Origin: a virus
Lineage: Duplodnaviria > Caudoviricetes
Strand: one strand, 5' to 3'
DNA length: 64,000 nt
Virus record (IMG/VR): IMGVR_UViG_2974549060_000001
Coordinates: 11,765 to 75,764 of that record
Of the stretch, positions 62,833-64,000 are shown piece by piece (within the stretch, counting starts at the first letter, position 1; each line of letters starts with the position of its first letter). The position numbers and the translations under genes were made by a program. The notes under the pieces were generated by a model. That model did not search any database. It was not told the DNA's origin and was given only the letters and a program-made list of their open reading frames with translations.

Positions 62833-63998
62833 TGGCAACTATTCGGGCACAACAACTGGCTCCGGTAAACTTCGGTGATTCCAACCAACTCCTGCGAGCT
62901 GCACAACAGCTTATTCAACAGGGTGCTGGTGGCCTTGTCGATACCTTCGGACAGTTACGTCAGAATGTTGTGGATCGAAACACTGCTAATGCGGTTAACC
63001 TGCTTACTGGTGCTCAGTCAACCGATGAGTTGGCTCAGCGTCAGGGGCAGGTTGCCCAGATTCTCCAGAATGCTAATGGGGATATCAATAACGAAGCAGT
63101 GCAACGGGCACAACTTACCATGCCGGATACGTTGATTGGGCGACAGCTCAATAACAACCGGCTGACGGAGTTTAACCAACAACAGCATGATCAGCCTTTG
63201 CTCAACCAGGCTATGGCCTTGTATGCGGCAGGTGACCAGGCCGGTGCTCAGAACCTCCTTGCGGGTGTTCAGGGCGATGCTTCTCGTGCAGTAACTTTCG
63301 GTGCGAACCGTGCTGACCAGTCATTTAACCAGGGTATCCAGAAGCAGCAACTGGGCATTCAGGCTGCTGGTTTAGCATTACGCCGACAGGCTGCTGCACA
63401 ACGAGTGGCACAAGCCAGTGCTGGAACTAAGCAGTTGCAGTCACTACTGAAAACTCTGACCGGGGCTAATGCTGATGCGATTACATCGTCCGGCGAAGCT
63501 GCTACGAAGGAACAGAATGCTCGGCTGTCTTCGGCAGAGAAAGAGAACCCGCTTAACTCTCCAGGTACTGACTCTGCTTCAACTGCTGCTAAGATCACCA
63601 ATGATAACCGTTCATGGATGACCGGCTTGTTACCTAACTCCTGGCGTAGTGACCGGGGCGGGCGTCTTAATGGGCTGATTGACCAACTCGACCCTAACGG
63701 GGCGTTAACGGATAAACAGCGATCTAACCTGCTTACAGTTATGAACTCTGCTTTTGAGAACACTAACTTAAACCAGGATCCAGATAAGGCTGCTCTTGAT
63801 CGTGGTAGACAGGTATTGGATGACCTCGGTAAAGTCCAGACTGAACGTTTAGGAAATACGCAGGCACAAATTAATCAGCGTCGTGCTACCCGAATCGCCC
63901 AATTGCAGGTATTATTGCAGAGTATGAATGGAGGTAATGGTCAACTTGACCCAATGGCTCTCCAACTACTCAACCAAAATATTGACGATGAGGAATAG
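62832..63998 (+). CDS. internal virion protein (N4 gp51 position)
   Basis: Gln/Ala-rich, 388 aa; followed by GAGGA at the window edge, where the vRNAP gene is expected. Confidence 0.7.
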   Translation: MATIRAQQLAPVNFGDSNQLLRAAQQLIQQGAGGLVDTFGQLRQNVVDRNTANAVNLLTGAQSTDELAQRQGQVAQILQNANGDINNEAVQRAQLTMPDTLIGRQLNNNRLTEFNQQQHDQPLLNQAMALYAAGDQAGAQNLLAGVQGDASRAVTFGANRADQSFNQGIQKQQLGIQAAGLALRRQAAAQRVAQASAGTKQLQSLLKTLTGANADAITSSGEAATKEQNARLSSAEKENPLNSPGTDSASTAAKITNDNRSWMTGLLPNSWRSDRGGRLNGLIDQLDPNGALTDKQRSNLLTVMNSAFENTNLNQDPDKAALDRGRQVLDDLGKVQTERLGNTQAQINQRRATRIAQLQVLLQSMNGGNGQLDPMALQLLNQNIDDEE

Positions 63999-64000
63999 CA

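Overview
The window is about 64 kb of an N4-like podophage (Schitoviridae) genome, opened at an arbitrary point and running across the early/late junction at about 46.6-47.7 kb. The host is probably an enterobacterium; this is inferred from a Dam methylase, a NinH-like gene and an IntS-like integrase scar. Minus strand, from about 47.6 kb leftward: small early genes, the two-subunit RNA polymerase II, AAA/vWA genes, helicase, rIIA/rIIB, family A DNA polymerase, ThyX, exonuclease, primase, Sak4-like ATPase, SSB and RuvC. Plus strand, from 47.7 kb rightward: terminase subunits, portal, major capsid protein and virion proteins. The giant virion RNA polymerase is not in the window and probably starts just past base 64000 (inference from gene order and an RBS at the edge). 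A plus-strand tail/lysis/Ig block (8.9-14.2 kb) interrupts the replication region. The main new observation is a family of at least 8 small early proteins that share only one 16-residue motif, [LMV]-T-x4-D-x-[ILM]-R-T-x-x-L-L-G; six genes, five with the full motif and one with a degenerate copy, form a tandem array. Other notable points: a ribosomal L7/L12 C-terminal domain inside rIIB; a ClpX-like ATPase with no IGF loop; candidate anti-defence genes (Acb2-like, RyR-domain, macrodomain-like); small proteins carrying isolated PolA or terminase motif fragments; structured non-coding RNA candidates next to a damaged tRNA-Gln; and an integrase scar showing that the tailspike came from a temperate phage. 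All family calls come from motif recognition by eye; no searches were run.
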